Assembly: GCA_963666565.1 (NCBI GenBank)
Contig: OY762911.1
Location: 544,001 to 608,000, forward strand
Source of the DNA: Thermoanaerobaculia bacterium
GTDB lineage: Bacteria; Acidobacteriota; Thermoanaerobaculia; Multivoradales; Multivoraceae
Length of the DNA: 64,000 bases
Direction of reading: 5' to 3'
In this document: positions 22,193 to 35,946 of the stretch, in pieces
Layout of the letters: each line of letters starts with the position of its first letter
How positions within the stretch are numbered: position 1 is the stretch's first letter
Translations under genes and position numbers: made by a program
The notes under the pieces: generated by a model
The model's input: the letters and a program-made list of their open reading frames with translations, nothing else
Databases searched by the model: none
Told to the model about the DNA's origin: nothing

Positions 22193-22815
22193 CAACGTCC
22201 CTTCAGCAGGTCCAGGAACTCCTCCCGGATCGGGCGTTCGTGGAAGATGCCCCGCAGCGCCGAGGTCACCGTCCGGGCGCCGGACTTCTCCACCCCGCGC
22301 ATCTCCACGCAGAGATGCCGGGCCTCGATCACGACCATCGCGCCGCGGGGCCGGAGTTCCTCCTCCAGGAACCTCACGACCTGCTCGGTCAGCCGTTCCT
22401 GGAGCTGCGGCCGCTTGGCGTAGAACTCCAGGATGCGCGCGAACTTGGACAGACCCAGGATCTTGTCGCCGGGAACGTAGGCCATGTGCGCGTGGCCGTA
22501 GAAGGGCACCAGATGATGCGAACACATGGAGTAGAACGGGATGTCTTTCTCCATCACCATCGCCCGGTAGTTCTCGTCGTTCGGGAAGGTCGTGACCCGC
22601 GGTTTCGTGCCCTGGTCCAGGCCACGGAACATCTCCAGGTACATCCTGGCAACCCGCTCGTGGGTCGCGTTCAGATTCGGATCCTCGAGGTCGAGGCCGA
22701 GTTCGACCAGCATGGAGCGCACGCGCTCGGCGAGGCGAGCCACTCGCTCTTCGTCCCGAGCCGGCGGACCGTCTTCGTGGGCCGAGACGTGCCCGACCGG
22801 TTCCAGTACGCGCAT
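22192..22815 (-). CDS. folE: GTP cyclohydrolase I
   Basis: SMCSHHLVPF, GLSKFAR, RPQLQERLT, HLCVEMRG. Confidence 0.96.
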   Translation of the reverse strand: MRVLEPVGHVSAHEDGPPARDEERVARLAERVRSMLVELGLDLEDPNLNATHERVARMYLEMFRGLDQGTKPRVTTFPNDENYRAMVMEKDIPFYSMCSHHLVPFYGHAHMAYVPGDKILGLSKFARILEFYAKRPQLQERLTEQVVRFLEEELRPRGAMVVIEARHLCVEMRGVEKSGARTVTSALRGIFHERPIREEFLDLLKGR

Positions 22816-22871
22816 CGGCTCATGCTACCGTAGCCGCCGGCAGAAACAGACCACCACAAGGACGGAATCCG

Positions 22872-23099
22872 ATGAGCCGAGTGACGATCGAATACTGCGT
22901 GATGTGAAACTACCGCCCCCGAGCCGCCGGTCTGGCGGCTCAGTTGAAGGAGCGGTTCGATCTCGACGCCGAACTCGTGGACGGCAGCGGCGGCGTCTTC
23001 GAGGTCGCCCTCGACGGACGCGCCGTCTTCTCGAAGAAGCAGCTCGGCCGTTTCCCGAACAACGGCGAGGTCGAGCAGTCCGTCGCCGCGTTGCTGTAG
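22872..23099 (+). CDS. SelW/SelT/SelH (Rdx) family selenoprotein, CxxU motif, TGA at 22905-22907 read as Sec
   Basis: Read-through translation MSRVTIEYCVM-U-NYRPRAAGLAAQLKERFDLDAELVDGSGGVFEVALDGRAVFSKKQLGRFPNNGEVEQSVAALL; Rdx motifs IEYC..U, GSGGVFEV, FSK...GRFP; SECIS-like hairpin downstream of TGA. Confidence 0.9.
22921..22941 (+). promoter_or_regulatory. Bacterial SECIS-like hairpin
   Basis: GAGCCGCC-GGTCT-GGCGGCTC: 8-bp stem whose G-initiated loop starts 22 nt after the UGA; loop resembles the GGUCU loop of the E. coli fdhF SECIS. Confidence 0.8.
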
Positions 23100-23186
23100 C
23101 GACTGAGACGGCGACCCGCCGGACGGCGGCGGCGCGCCGGCGGCAGCGGGACGGCGGCAGCGCGGTTGTGGCGGCGGCGGGGGCTG

Positions 23187-23372
23187 CCGTCCGCTTGGCG
23201 GGCGTTCCGGGGGAGGGCTCCCAGCGGACGCTCGCGCCTGTTGGGTGAGAGGGATGTCGGCGCTCGCTTCGGTCGCCTGCGCTGCGGGGCGGTTCGGTTG
23301 AGGTGACGGTCCGGGGAGACGCTTGGCTCCAGCCCGCTGGGAGCCCTCCCCCGGAACGCCCTGGCGGACTGG
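23187..23372 (+). repeat. ~185-nt intergenic hairpin element, copy A
   Basis: Perfect 28-bp inverted repeat 23200-23227/23334-23361; ends CCGTCC...GGACTGG; internal motifs shared with copies B-D. Confidence 0.85.
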
Positions 23373-23396
23373 ACGCTGGCGCACTCGGCGCAAAGC

Positions 23397-23508
23397 GTCG
23401 GTGCATGGGGGTCGGTACACGGGGGTCGGTGCATGGGGGTCGGTGCGCGGAGGTCGGTGCGCGGGGGTCGGTACACGGGGGTCGGTGCATGGGGGTCGGT
23501 GCGCGGGT
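23397..23508 (+). repeat. 14-bp tandem repeat array (about 8 units, GTCGGTRCRYGGRG)
   Basis: Units start at 23397, 23411, 23425, 23439, 23453, 23467, 23481, 23495; the last runs into the palindrome at 23503. Confidence 0.9.
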
Positions 23509-23520
23509 CTTCTGACCCGC
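23503..23520 (+). repeat. REP-like palindrome GCGGGTC-TTCT-GACCCGC
   Basis: Related copies at 41773-41788, 41864-41881 (inverted) and 63047-63064. Confidence 0.75.
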
Positions 23521-23600
23521 TGCCGCCGAAGGCGGCGGACAACGTCGTCGTCGGCCGGAGGCCGGCGGCGTCGCTCACGGGGGGACGCTACGATCGGTTC

Positions 23601-24152
23601 GTGTCCGGCACCTACTCGTTGCGCCTCGGCAAGGAGGACTTCAAGTTCTCGGCGGCTCACTTCACCGTTTTCGGAGAGGACGAGGCGGAGGCGCTTCACG
23701 GACACAACTATCGGGTCGGAGTGGAACTGAGCGGCGCCGATGTGGATGGGCTCGAGTTCCTGGTGCCAGTCGCCGCGGCGAAGCGGGATATCCGGTCGCA
23801 GTGCATGGAGCTCGACGAGAAGGTCCTGCTTCCGGCGGAGTGCCCGCATCTTGAAGTCGTGCAAGGCGAGACGGTGACAGCGGCGTTCGGGCCGCGGCGC
23901 TACGAGTTCCCCTCCTCGGAGGTGGTCCTGCTGCCGGTAGCGAACGTGACCGTCGAAGCTCTGGCTCGGTTACTCTGGCAACGCTTGGCGGACCGGTGGG
24001 GATCTCTTCGCGACCGCGTCGAGATCCTCGAAGTCACAGTGGCTGAAACCCGGGGCCAGGGCGCCAGCTACCGGCGCAAACTCCAGGAGCATCGCCTTGA
24101 AGACGCAGTTCGATCCCGACGACAGCCAGTTGGCTACCCTCCGCGGACTTGA
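23601..24152 (+). CDS. queD: 6-carboxytetrahydropterin synthase / 6-pyruvoyl-tetrahydropterin synthase family
   Basis: FSAAHF, LHGHNYRV, NVTVEALA, V.ET..QGASY; probable GTG start at 23601. Confidence 0.8.
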   Translation: MSGTYSLRLGKEDFKFSAAHFTVFGEDEAEALHGHNYRVGVELSGADVDGLEFLVPVAAAKRDIRSQCMELDEKVLLPAECPHLEVVQGETVTAAFGPRRYEFPSSEVVLLPVANVTVEALARLLWQRLADRWGSLRDRVEILEVTVAETRGQGASYRRKLQEHRLEDAVRSRRQPVGYPPRT

Positions 24153-24531
24153 TCCCGAGGGCCCGGTTGCCGCGCTCAACCTCTTCCAGTTCAACGACCG
24201 GGCCCGGTACGCACCGGGCGACGAGGAGTACGGCACCGAGGAAGCCGACGTCTCGGGCCAGGAGGCCTTTCAGAGATACGTAGCCGCCGCGGGCCAGGTC
24301 CTTGCCGACCTGGGAGGCCGCGTTGCGTTCACCACGATGGTGGAGCAGGTGATGATCGGGCCCTCGGACCCGGCCTGGCACGTCGCGGCGATCATGGTCT
24401 TCCCTTCCCGCCGGGCCTTCATCGAGATGACGATGAACCCCGAGTTCCAGGCCGCCTCCCGCCACCGGAAGGCCGGCTTGGCAAACCACTACCAGGTGCA
24501 CCTGAACGGCGCACCCTGGGTGGAGGAGTAG
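24097..24531 (+). CDS. DUF1330-family protein
   Basis: GPV..LNL..F, GQEAFQRY, W....MVFPSRRAFIEM...PEFQ...HR.AGL; TTG start with SD CAGGAG. Confidence 0.75.
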   Translation: MKTQFDPDDSQLATLRGLDPEGPVAALNLFQFNDRARYAPGDEEYGTEEADVSGQEAFQRYVAAAGQVLADLGGRVAFTTMVEQVMIGPSDPAWHVAAIMVFPSRRAFIEMTMNPEFQAASRHRKAGLANHYQVHLNGAPWVEE

Positions 24532-24675
24532 TCAGCCCGCTTCCCTGCTTCAGGCGAAGCTCCATCGTTGCAGGCGAGCTGGCCGCCGATGTACTCCTTC
24601 TTCTTGTTCTCGCTGTGCCGGCGAGGACGCCGGCGCACCGGCACTCCAAGGTCGTGCCACGAAAACCGACAACGA

Positions 24676-24861
24676 CCAGTCCGCGGCGGCGCCCGGAGGG
24701 GAGGTTCCCAGCGGGCCGGAGCCAAGCGACTGCCGATGCCCCTACCTCAAGCAACGCCGTCTTGAAGCGCTGGCGACCGCAGCGAGCGCAGATTCTCCCC
24801 TTCACCGTGAGAGCGCGAGCGTCCGATGGGAACCTCCCCTCCAGGCGCCGCCGCGGACGGG
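24676..24861 (-). repeat. ~185-nt intergenic hairpin element, copy B
   Basis: Terminal inverted repeat GTCCGCGGCGGCGCC.GGAGGGGAGGTTCCCA / TGGGAACCTCCCCTCC.GGCGCCGCCGCGGAC; reverse complement aligns with copy A motifs. Confidence 0.85.
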
Positions 24862-24863
24862 TA

Positions 24864-26348
24864 TCACCGACGCCGTCGCAACTGCGCCACCGTCTCGATG
24901 TGGGCCGTCTGCGGGAAGACGTCGAAGAAACGCACGGACTCCAGGTCGAAGTCGCGGGTCAGGTCGCCCAGGTCGCGGGCGAGGGTGGCGGGGTCGCAGG
25001 AGACGTAGGTCAGGCGGCGGGGCGCGGCGCGCAGGAGGGCGCCGCGGACGTTCCGGGAGAGGCCGGCGCGGGGCGGGTCGACGAGCACCCGGTCGAGGCC
25101 GGCGTCCAGGCCGGGGCCGCCACGCCGGCGGTCCGTCCAGCTCTCGACCGCCGCCCGCTCGACGCGGCAGTGGCGGAGGCCGTTGCGGCGCAGGTTGTTC
25201 CGTGCATAGCGGGCGGCCACCGACTCGCCTTCCACCGCCGTGACGCAGCGGTAGCGGTCGGCGAGGCCGACCGTGAAGAAGCCGACGCCCGCGTAGAGTT
25301 CGACCGCCGCGTCGCCCTCGAAGGGTCCCACGGCCGAGTCGAGCAGCGACTCCAGCAGCCCGCCGTGGGCCTGGAAGAAGCAGCGGGCGTCGTAGCGGAG
25401 CCGCCTGCCCGCCAGCTCGATTTCGAGTTCGCCGCCCGGCAGTCCCTCGACCGGCGGCGCCGCCACGACCGGACCGTCCGGTTCCAGGCCGGAGGTGGCC
25501 AGGCCGAGACGGCTCGGCAGCTTCTTCCTCTTCGTCCCCGGCGCGTTCGCGCCGCCGAGCAGCGACGGCAGCCCGGCCAACTCCCGCTCGAGCGCGGGAG
25601 CGAGCACCGGACAGCGGTCGACGAGCACCAGCTCGCGGCTACGACGCCGCCGGAAGCCGACGCCGACGGAACCTCCTGGTCGCTCGCTCGCCTCCCGGCG
25701 CCTGGCCCGCGCCGGCGGCTCGCCCCCCGCAGCTCGCACGGCCCCGGCCGGAGACTCGCCACCCGCCGCACGCGCGGCCCGCGCCGGAGGTTCGCCCCCC
25801 GCCGCGCGCGCGGCCCCGGTCCCGCGCTCGGCAACGTGGATCTGCGCCCGCAGCCGGTAGCCCCACGCCCGCTCGGCAACCGGCGGCTCGAACCGGCACG
25901 CCGCCAGCCGGGCCGGGTCGATGCCGCCCAGCCGGCGCAGGGTTTCCGCGGCCGCGGCCGCCTTCAGCCCGAGCTGCTTCGCGTCCTCGATGTGCTGGAG
26001 CTGGCAACCGCCGCAGCGGTCGTAGAACGGACAGGGCGCCTCCCGCCGCAGGGGTCCCCGCGTCTTCACTTCCTCGATCTCCGCGCGTGCGTAGCTCGGC
26101 CGCCGTTCGGTGATCCTGACTACGACGACGTCGCCCGGGGCGGCCCGCGGCACGAAGACCGGCAGGCCGCGCCACCGGGCCAGGCCGTCGCCGCCCAGCA
26201 CGAGCTTCTCGACGGTCAGCTCGAGGCGTTGGACGCCGGCCAGCGCGGCCAGCGTTTCCAGTCGCTCGGCCGAAAGCGGCTGCTTCCGGGGCCGGCGGCC
26301 GACCGGCGGGGCCGCTTCCTCCCGCTTGCGGGGAGCGAACTCAGTCGT
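24864..26348 (-). CDS. rlmD: 23S rRNA (uracil-5)-methyltransferase, RlmD/TrmA family; start possibly ACG at 26348
   Basis: TRAM domain LELTVEKLVLGGDG..PVFVPRAAPGD, CPFYDRCGGC, FFQA, ELYAGVG, DPPRAG, YVSCDPATLARD, FPQTAHIE. Confidence 0.85.
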   Translation of the reverse strand, partial: TTEFAPRKREEAAPPVGRRPRKQPLSAERLETLAALAGVQRLELTVEKLVLGGDGLARWRGLPVFVPRAAPGDVVVVRITERRPSYARAEIEEVKTRGPLRREAPCPFYDRCGGCQLQHIEDAKQLGLKAAAAAETLRRLGGIDPARLAACRFEPPVAERAWGYRLRAQIHVAERGTGAARAAGGEPPARAARAAGGESPAGAVRAAGGEPPARARRREASERPGGSVGVGFRRRRSRELVLVDRCPVLAPALERELAGLPSLLGGANAPGTKRKKLPSRLGLATSGLEPDGPVVAAPPVEGLPGGELEIELAGRRLRYDARCFFQAHGGLLESLLDSAVGPFEGDAAVELYAGVGFFTVGLADRYRCVTAVEGESVAARYARNNLRRNGLRHCRVERAAVESWTDRRRGGPGLDAGLDRVLVDPPRAGLSRNVRGALLRAAPRRLTYVSCDPATLARDLGDLTRDFDLESVRFFDVFPQTAHIETVAQLRRRR

Positions 26349-26577
26349 GGCCGCCTCCCGTGTGCCGCTCTCCGTGCCGCCAGGTCGGATCGCGCCGCGC
26401 GAACTCGTCCAGTTCCCGCGGCACCTCGACCAGGGTGCGGCTCAGCTCCGGGTCGCAGACCTCGTTCTCGCACTCGTAGACGTACACGTTCCACTCGTCG
26501 CGAGGCCGGTAGGCGCACAGCGTCTGGTAGGTGTCGCAGTGGCCGCACTTGACCGAGAGGTTGCGGATGTTGATCAC
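26341..26577 (-). CDS. Small hypothetical protein with 4-5 Cys (probable Zn-binding)
   Basis: CGHC ... CENEVC; host-like codon usage; in operon between tlpA-like gene and rlmD. Confidence 0.7.
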   Translation of the reverse strand: MINIRNLSVKCGHCDTYQTLCAYRPRDEWNVYVYECENEVCDPELSRTLVEVPRELDEFARRDPTWRHGERHTGGGHD

Positions 26578-26598
26578 GCCGGCCGCCCGTCTCCGGCC

Positions 26599-27150
26599 TC
26601 AGCCGGACGCCACGGCGAGTGCCTCCTCGATCGCCCTGCGGACCACGCTGGCGCCGGTCAGGCCCATCGAGACGTAGGACACCTCGCCCCGCGGGTCGAG
26701 CACCAAGACAGTCGGCAGGGCGTAGAGCTCCGCCTCGCCCATCACCTCCGCCTCGGGGTCGAGCAGCACCGGATAGCTGAACGGCGTCTCCTCGACGTAC
26801 TCGCGGACAGCCTCCGGATCCTCCCCGCTGTTCAGCGCGAGGAAACTGACCCCTCGACCCGCGTACTCCTCGTGCAGCCCCTCGATGATCACCGCCTGAG
26901 GGACGCAGGGCTTGCACCACGTCGCCCAGACGTCGACCACGACGACGTCTCCGCGCAGGTCCGGCGGACCCAGCCGGGATCCCTCCAGCGTGTCCAGCCG
27001 GAAGCTGGTCAGGATCGGATCGAGCTCCGAAACCTCCGGCGGCTCGGGGAACGCCAGCAGACTCGGCAGGACGAAGCCGAGAACCGCGACGAAACCGGCC
27101 GCGCCCGCGCCCAGGCCGATCAGCAGGCCGATCGCCAAACGTCTGGTCAT
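26599..27150 (-). CDS. TlpA/ResA-like thiol-disulfide oxidoreductase
   Basis: N-terminal TM, WATWCKPC, YPVLLD, ALPT. Confidence 0.9.
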   Translation of the reverse strand: MTRRLAIGLLIGLGAGAAGFVAVLGFVLPSLLAFPEPPEVSELDPILTSFRLDTLEGSRLGPPDLRGDVVVVDVWATWCKPCVPQAVIIEGLHEEYAGRGVSFLALNSGEDPEAVREYVEETPFSYPVLLDPEAEVMGEAELYALPTVLVLDPRGEVSYVSMGLTGASVVRRAIEEALAVASG

Positions 27151-27224
27151 GCCGGCAGACTAGCAGCGTTCGCCGCCGTGGGGCTGCCGCCGTCGGCGGC
27201 CGGTTCCATGCGGACCGGCCAGGG

Positions 27225-30092
<2,868 letters not shown>

Positions 30093-30240
30093 CGTCTCTC
30101 TCCCTTCGGTGTTCCCCGGCGCCGGCGTCAACCCACGCGGACCCGGCGCGAACCGTTCCGCGCCGTTCGTGAGGGTAGTGCCATGCCTGAGGGGGTGTGA
30201 GCCTGCATTGAAGCCAGACGGCGAGTCTAACCGGCGGCTA

Positions 30241-30288
30241 GTCCAATATGTAGTGGTTGTCAAGGGGTGAAGGCACGAGATATGGAGA
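30241..30288. promoter_or_regulatory. Tandem NrdR boxes upstream of nrdJ
   Basis: CCACTACATATTGGAC (minus strand, 30241-30256) and GCACGAGATATGGAGA (30273-30288) match acaCwAtATaTwGtg; 32-bp spacing. Confidence 0.8.
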
Positions 30289-30430
30289 TCCATCGGCTCA
30301 TGCAGACTCTTCGATATACGCGGAGAAGCTGCGGAGACGCGCCCGGATCCTGCGGATTCGGGCCGCTTGGCGCGCCCTCTCGCAAGCCGGGGCGGCGCCC
30401 GGCCGCCGAGCGGCGATAAGCTCTCCCGCC

Positions 30431-31996
30431 GTGAGCGCCCGCACGACGAGTTCGGACATCGAGCTGCCGCCCTTCTTCGCGTCGGACGACGCCGCGGAGG
30501 ACGCCGCCGGCCCCGCCCCGCCCGGCGCGTTCCCGTTCACCCGCGGCCTGTACCGGGACATGTACCGGAAGCGGCTGTGGACGATGCGGCAGTACGCCGG
30601 CTACGCCAGCGCCACCGAGTCGAACCGCCGCTACCGCTACCTGCTGGAACAGGGCACGACCGGCCTCTCGGTCGCCTTCGATCTCCCCACCCAGATCGGC
30701 TACGACTCGGACGCCCGGGCCGCCCGCGGCGAGGTGGGGCGCGTCGGCGTCGCGATCGACAGCGTCGAGGACATGAGGACACTGTTCGACGGCATCCCGC
30801 TCGGCCAGGTCACGACCTCGATGACGATCAACTCGACGGCCGCGATCCTGCTCTCGATGTACCTGGCGGTGGCCGAGGAGCAGGGGACGCCGTGGGAAAG
30901 CGTCGGCGGCACGGTGCAGAACGACATCCTGAAGGAGTACATCGCGCGCGGCACCCACATCTACCCGCCGCGGCACTCACTGCGCCTGGTCACCGACCTG
31001 ATCGTCTTCTGTTCCGAGCGCGTCCCGCGCTGGAATCCGATCTCCATCTCCGGCTACCACATCCGCGAGGCCGGATCGACCGCCGCCCAGGAGGTCGCCT
31101 TCACCCTCGCCAACGCCCTCTGCTACGTCGACCTCGTGCTGGCCCGCGGGCTCGAGATCGACGGCTTCGCCCCCCGGCTGTCCTTCTTCTTCAACGCCCA
31201 CAACAACTTCCTCGAGGAAGTCGCCAAGTTCCGGGCCGCCCGCCAGCTCTGGGCCGAACTCGTCCGCGAGCGCTACGAGCCGCGAAACGAACGCTCCTGC
31301 TGGCTGCGCTTCCACGCCCAGACCGGCGGCTCGACGCTGACCGCGCAGCAGCCCGAGAACAACGTCGCCCGAGTGGCGATCCAGGCGCTGGCCGCCGTCT
31401 GCGGCGGCACCCAGTCGCTGCACACGAACGGGGCCGACGAGGCGCTCGGCCTGCCGACCGAGACCTCGGCCCGGGTGGCGCTCCGCAGCCAGCAGATCGT
31501 CGCCCACGAGACCGGAGTCGCCGACGTCGCCGATCCGCTCGGTGGCGCCTGGGCGGTGGAGGCGCTCACCGAGGAGCTCGTGGCCAGGGCCCGGACCACG
31601 ATCGAGCAGATCGAGGAACTCGGCGGCGCCGCCCGCGCGGTCGAGTCGGGCTACCAGCAGAACGAGATCGCCAACGCCGCCTACCGCCACCAGTTGGCCG
31701 TCGAGTCCCGGGACGAGGTGATCGTCGGCGTCAACGCCTATACCCAGGAAGAAGACGAGGATGCCACGTTCCTGGCCGTCGACCCGGCCGCCGAGGCCCG
31801 GCAGGTCGAGCGGGTGCGGAAGGTCCGCGAGGAGCGCGACGCGAGCGCCGCCGAAGCGGCCCTCGACCGGCTGCGCGAGGCGGCGACCGGCGGGGAGAAC
31901 CTCGTCCCCCGCATCCTCGACTGCGTCCGCCGGCGGGCCACCCTGGGCGAGATCTCGGACCGCCTGCGGGCCGTCTGGGGCGAGTACGAACGGTGA
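30431..31996 (+). CDS. Methylmalonyl-CoA mutase family, substrate-binding (large) subunit
   Basis: [50 protein letters not shown]; no B12-binding domain. Confidence 0.93.
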   Translation: MSARTTSSDIELPPFFASDDAAEDAAGPAPPGAFPFTRGLYRDMYRKRLWTMRQYAGYASATESNRRYRYLLEQGTTGLSVAFDLPTQIGYDSDARAARGEVGRVGVAIDSVEDMRTLFDGIPLGQVTTSMTINSTAAILLSMYLAVAEEQGTPWESVGGTVQNDILKEYIARGTHIYPPRHSLRLVTDLIVFCSERVPRWNPISISGYHIREAGSTAAQEVAFTLANALCYVDLVLARGLEIDGFAPRLSFFFNAHNNFLEEVAKFRAARQLWAELVRERYEPRNERSCWLRFHAQTGGSTLTAQQPENNVARVAIQALAAVCGGTQSLHTNGADEALGLPTETSARVALRSQQIVAHETGVADVADPLGGAWAVEALTEELVARARTTIEQIEELGGAARAVESGYQQNEIANAAYRHQLAVESRDEVIVGVNAYTQEEDEDATFLAVDPAAEARQVERVRKVREERDASAAEAALDRLREAATGGENLVPRILDCVRRRATLGEISDRLRAVWGEYER

Positions 31997-32000
31997 GCCG

Positions 32001-32276
32001 GTGAAGTCGGCCTACGAGCGGGCCCTCGAGAAGCTCGAAAACCGGGGCATCTCCGCGCCCCGGCGGGACGCCCTGAGCGAGGACCAGCGGCGGCGGATCG
32101 AGGACGCCCGAAGCCGCCACCAGGCGAAGACGGCCGAACTCGAGATCCTCCACCGGAAGAACCTCGCCGCGGACCCGGCGAAGCGACTCGAGGACGAAGA
32201 GAACTACCGGACGGAACTGCGCCGTCTCGCCGACCGCCTGGAGAGCGAGGTCGAGCGCATCCGCCGCGGCGGCTGA
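32001..32276 (+). CDS. Small hypothetical helical protein
   Basis: GTG start 4 nt after the mutase stop; MKSAYERALEKL...; host-like codon usage. Confidence 0.7.
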   Translation: MKSAYERALEKLENRGISAPRRDALSEDQRRRIEDARSRHQAKTAELEILHRKNLAADPAKRLEDEENYRTELRRLADRLESEVERIRRGG

Positions 32277-32359
32277 TCGGCGCCGCCGCCGGCGAGCCGC
32301 CCGAACCCGGAGGCGCCCGGACGCAAGCCGCGCCGAAAGCGGGAGCGTCCGCGAGGCCG

Positions 32360-35593
<3,234 letters not shown>

Positions 35594-35681
35594 GAGCGCG
35601 CGGAGTGTACAGGCACCGCCGGCCAGGAAAAGACCGGCGCCGACGAAACACTTTCCCGCCGGGCCGCGTATACTTCTCACA

Positions 35682-35865
35682 GAGGCGGCGCCGAGCCACC
35701 GGCAAGGGGCTGTCGGCCTTCGGCCGATCGACTCCGCGTCCTGACTCCCGTGCCGTCACCCACCGGGTCGCGACTGGACCGCGTCCGCGGCCAGCGGAAC
35801 TGCGACCCACCCCCGGACAGCGTCCGGACCTGCCTTTACACCTCGATTTCCGCTCGGCGGCCACC
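35682..35865 (+). ncRNA. Candidate structured non-coding RNA
   Basis: TATACT at 35669-35674; nested pairings GCCGAGC(35690)/GCTCGGC(35852) and GGGTCGC(35765)/GCGACCC(35802). No family recognised. Confidence 0.3.
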
Positions 35866-35946
35866 GGCCGACCGACGCGCGATTCACACCCGGGAGGGGT
35901 TGCCTTCACGCAGCCCCTCCCTCCCACGTGCGCGCGAGGACGGACG

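Noticed and set aside
23397-23508. CRISPR array
   Set aside because: Contiguous 14-bp units with no unique spacers and no cas genes.
30093-30430. Cobalamin riboswitch between the two B12-enzyme genes
   Set aside because: No B12-box or other riboswitch motifs recognised; NrdR boxes explain the AT-rich patch.
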